IMG/VR virus record: IMGVR_UViG_3300030060_003999
Coordinates: 62,001-96,885 of that record
DNA: 34,885 nucleotides
Origin: an uncultured virus (IMG/VR IMGVR_UViG_3300030060_003999)
Lineage: Duplodnaviria > Heunggongvirae > Uroviricota > Caudoviricetes
Direction: 5' to 3' (one strand)
The notes below the pieces were generated by a model. The model did no database searches. It worked only from the letters and a program-made list of their open reading frames with translations, and was not told where the DNA came from. Of the stretch, positions 34,088 through 34,885 are shown in pieces; within the stretch, counting starts at the first letter, position 1; the number at the start of each line of letters is the position of its first letter. The position numbers and the translations under genes are program-made.

Positions 34088-34885
34088 TTATATTGATTTC
34101 GTTCAATCACATAACAACAGAACAAATGTATATACTACTGTTTATGATTTTGAATATTTCACGGAGAAAATGCCAGTTGAAGCAAGTGTAATTATTGATA
34201 GAATATTTTTAGATTTTGATGCTCACGAAGATGAATTAGATAAAGCATGGCGTGATGTAAAACAGGTGATGGAATTGGTTATTACAAATAATTATCAACA
34301 TACTTTGTTTTTCTCAGGTCGTGGATTTCATTTATTTTTGTTCGGTAAAAGAACTAAAAACATGAGAGATGTTCAAACATTCTTTAAAGAAATCAAAGAG
34401 TATTTAGTTATGAAAGTCGGAAAAGACAATACTCTTGATGAAAGAGTTGGGCAGACTACAAGATTAAGAAGAGTGCCAAATACAGTTAATATGTCTTCTT
34501 CTGATGGAGAAGGAAATGCTCGTTATTGCATACCTTTGACTATTAATGATTTATCTTTAAGTATTGAAGAAATACTTACAATGGCTCTTAAGCCTCGCCA
34601 TTTACCCTTCCAAAAGGGAGGCAAAAATGAGGTTGTGTTTCCCAAAGCACCCCCTATTGAGGCTATGGAGGGGTCTGTTTCTGTGCCTTCAAGCATAGGT
34701 AAATTGCCTATCTTGCCCTGTTTGCATAATGCGGTTATGGTAGAGAATCCCACGCATTTAGCAAGAGCATACCTTGTTTCTTGGTATCGGGATTTATTGT
34801 CGGGATATACAGATTTGTCTAATAACGCAGATAAACAAAAAGTTCATCAACTAATAATTGAAGAATTAGAAAGAGTCTTTGCTGA
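34002..34885 (+). CDS. Archaeo-eukaryotic primase (PriS-like) with PriL-like C-terminal region; truncated by window end, not in ORF track
   Basis: Read from ATG 34002 (GGAGGG RBS): IFLDFD, FFSGRGFH, TLDERV...RLRRVPNT, then LPCLH...NPTHLARAYL; open to the end of the window. Confidence 0.88.
   Translation, partial: MKYPRMVWAGSQIRNAPQMRRKKMTTRNDYIDFVQSHNNRTNVYTTVYDFEYFTEKMPVEASVIIDRIFLDFDAHEDELDKAWRDVKQVMELVITNNYQHTLFFSGRGFHLFLFGKRTKNMRDVQTFFKEIKEYLVMKVGKDNTLDERVGQTTRLRRVPNTVNMSSSDGEGNARYCIPLTINDLSLSIEEILTMALKPRHLPFQKGGKNEVVFPKAPPIEAMEGSVSVPSSIGKLPILPCLHNAVMVENPTHLARAYLVSWYRDLLSGYTDLSNNADKQKVHQLIIEELERVFA

Noticed and set aside
430..34753. All minus-strand ORFs and short alternative-frame plus-strand ORFs in the track (e.g. 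555-821, 7988-8314, 17614-18099, 6868-7050, 15551-15757)
   Set aside because: They lie opposite or inside well-supported, RBS-bearing plus-strand genes and show no motifs; they are treated as shadow ORFs.

Overview
This AT-rich window is almost entirely coding on the + strand. It reads as the early/replication arm of a large archaeal dsDNA virus. The archaeal host is indicated by TTTATATA boxes, GGTGA/GAGGTGA ribosome-binding sites, TFB, PCNA, RFC and an AEP primase. The gene set matches what is known for magroviruses of Marine Group II/Poseidoniales; this is an inference and no search was run. The window encodes a near-complete replisome: SF1 helicase, ATP-dependent ligase, two RFC-like subunits, OB-fold SSB, RecA-fold ATPase, PCNA, a PolB split into two genes, a Cas4-like exonuclease and a primase that runs off the right end. 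It also encodes a class II RNR, MazG, a DenV-like glycosylase, GroES/GroEL and tRNA-Leu(UAA) and tRNA-Arg(UCU). No virion structural genes were recognised. The most striking finding is a dispersed virus-encoded ubiquitin-like system. It comprises a ThiS/SAMP-like modifier ending ...IVGG-NL with its own promoter and terminator, a minimal E1/ThiF enzyme, a JAB/MPN+ protease able to unmask the GG, and a speculative E2-like protein. Other items worth follow-up are two histone-fold proteins, an apparently inactivated LAGLIDADG protein, dense structured RNA (including a pseudoknot and possible long-range pairing) around tRNA-Leu and the helicase, a 16-nt promoter repeat, an origin-like left end, and a repeated gene-junction 13-mer. 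All protein calls are from motif recognition by eye.
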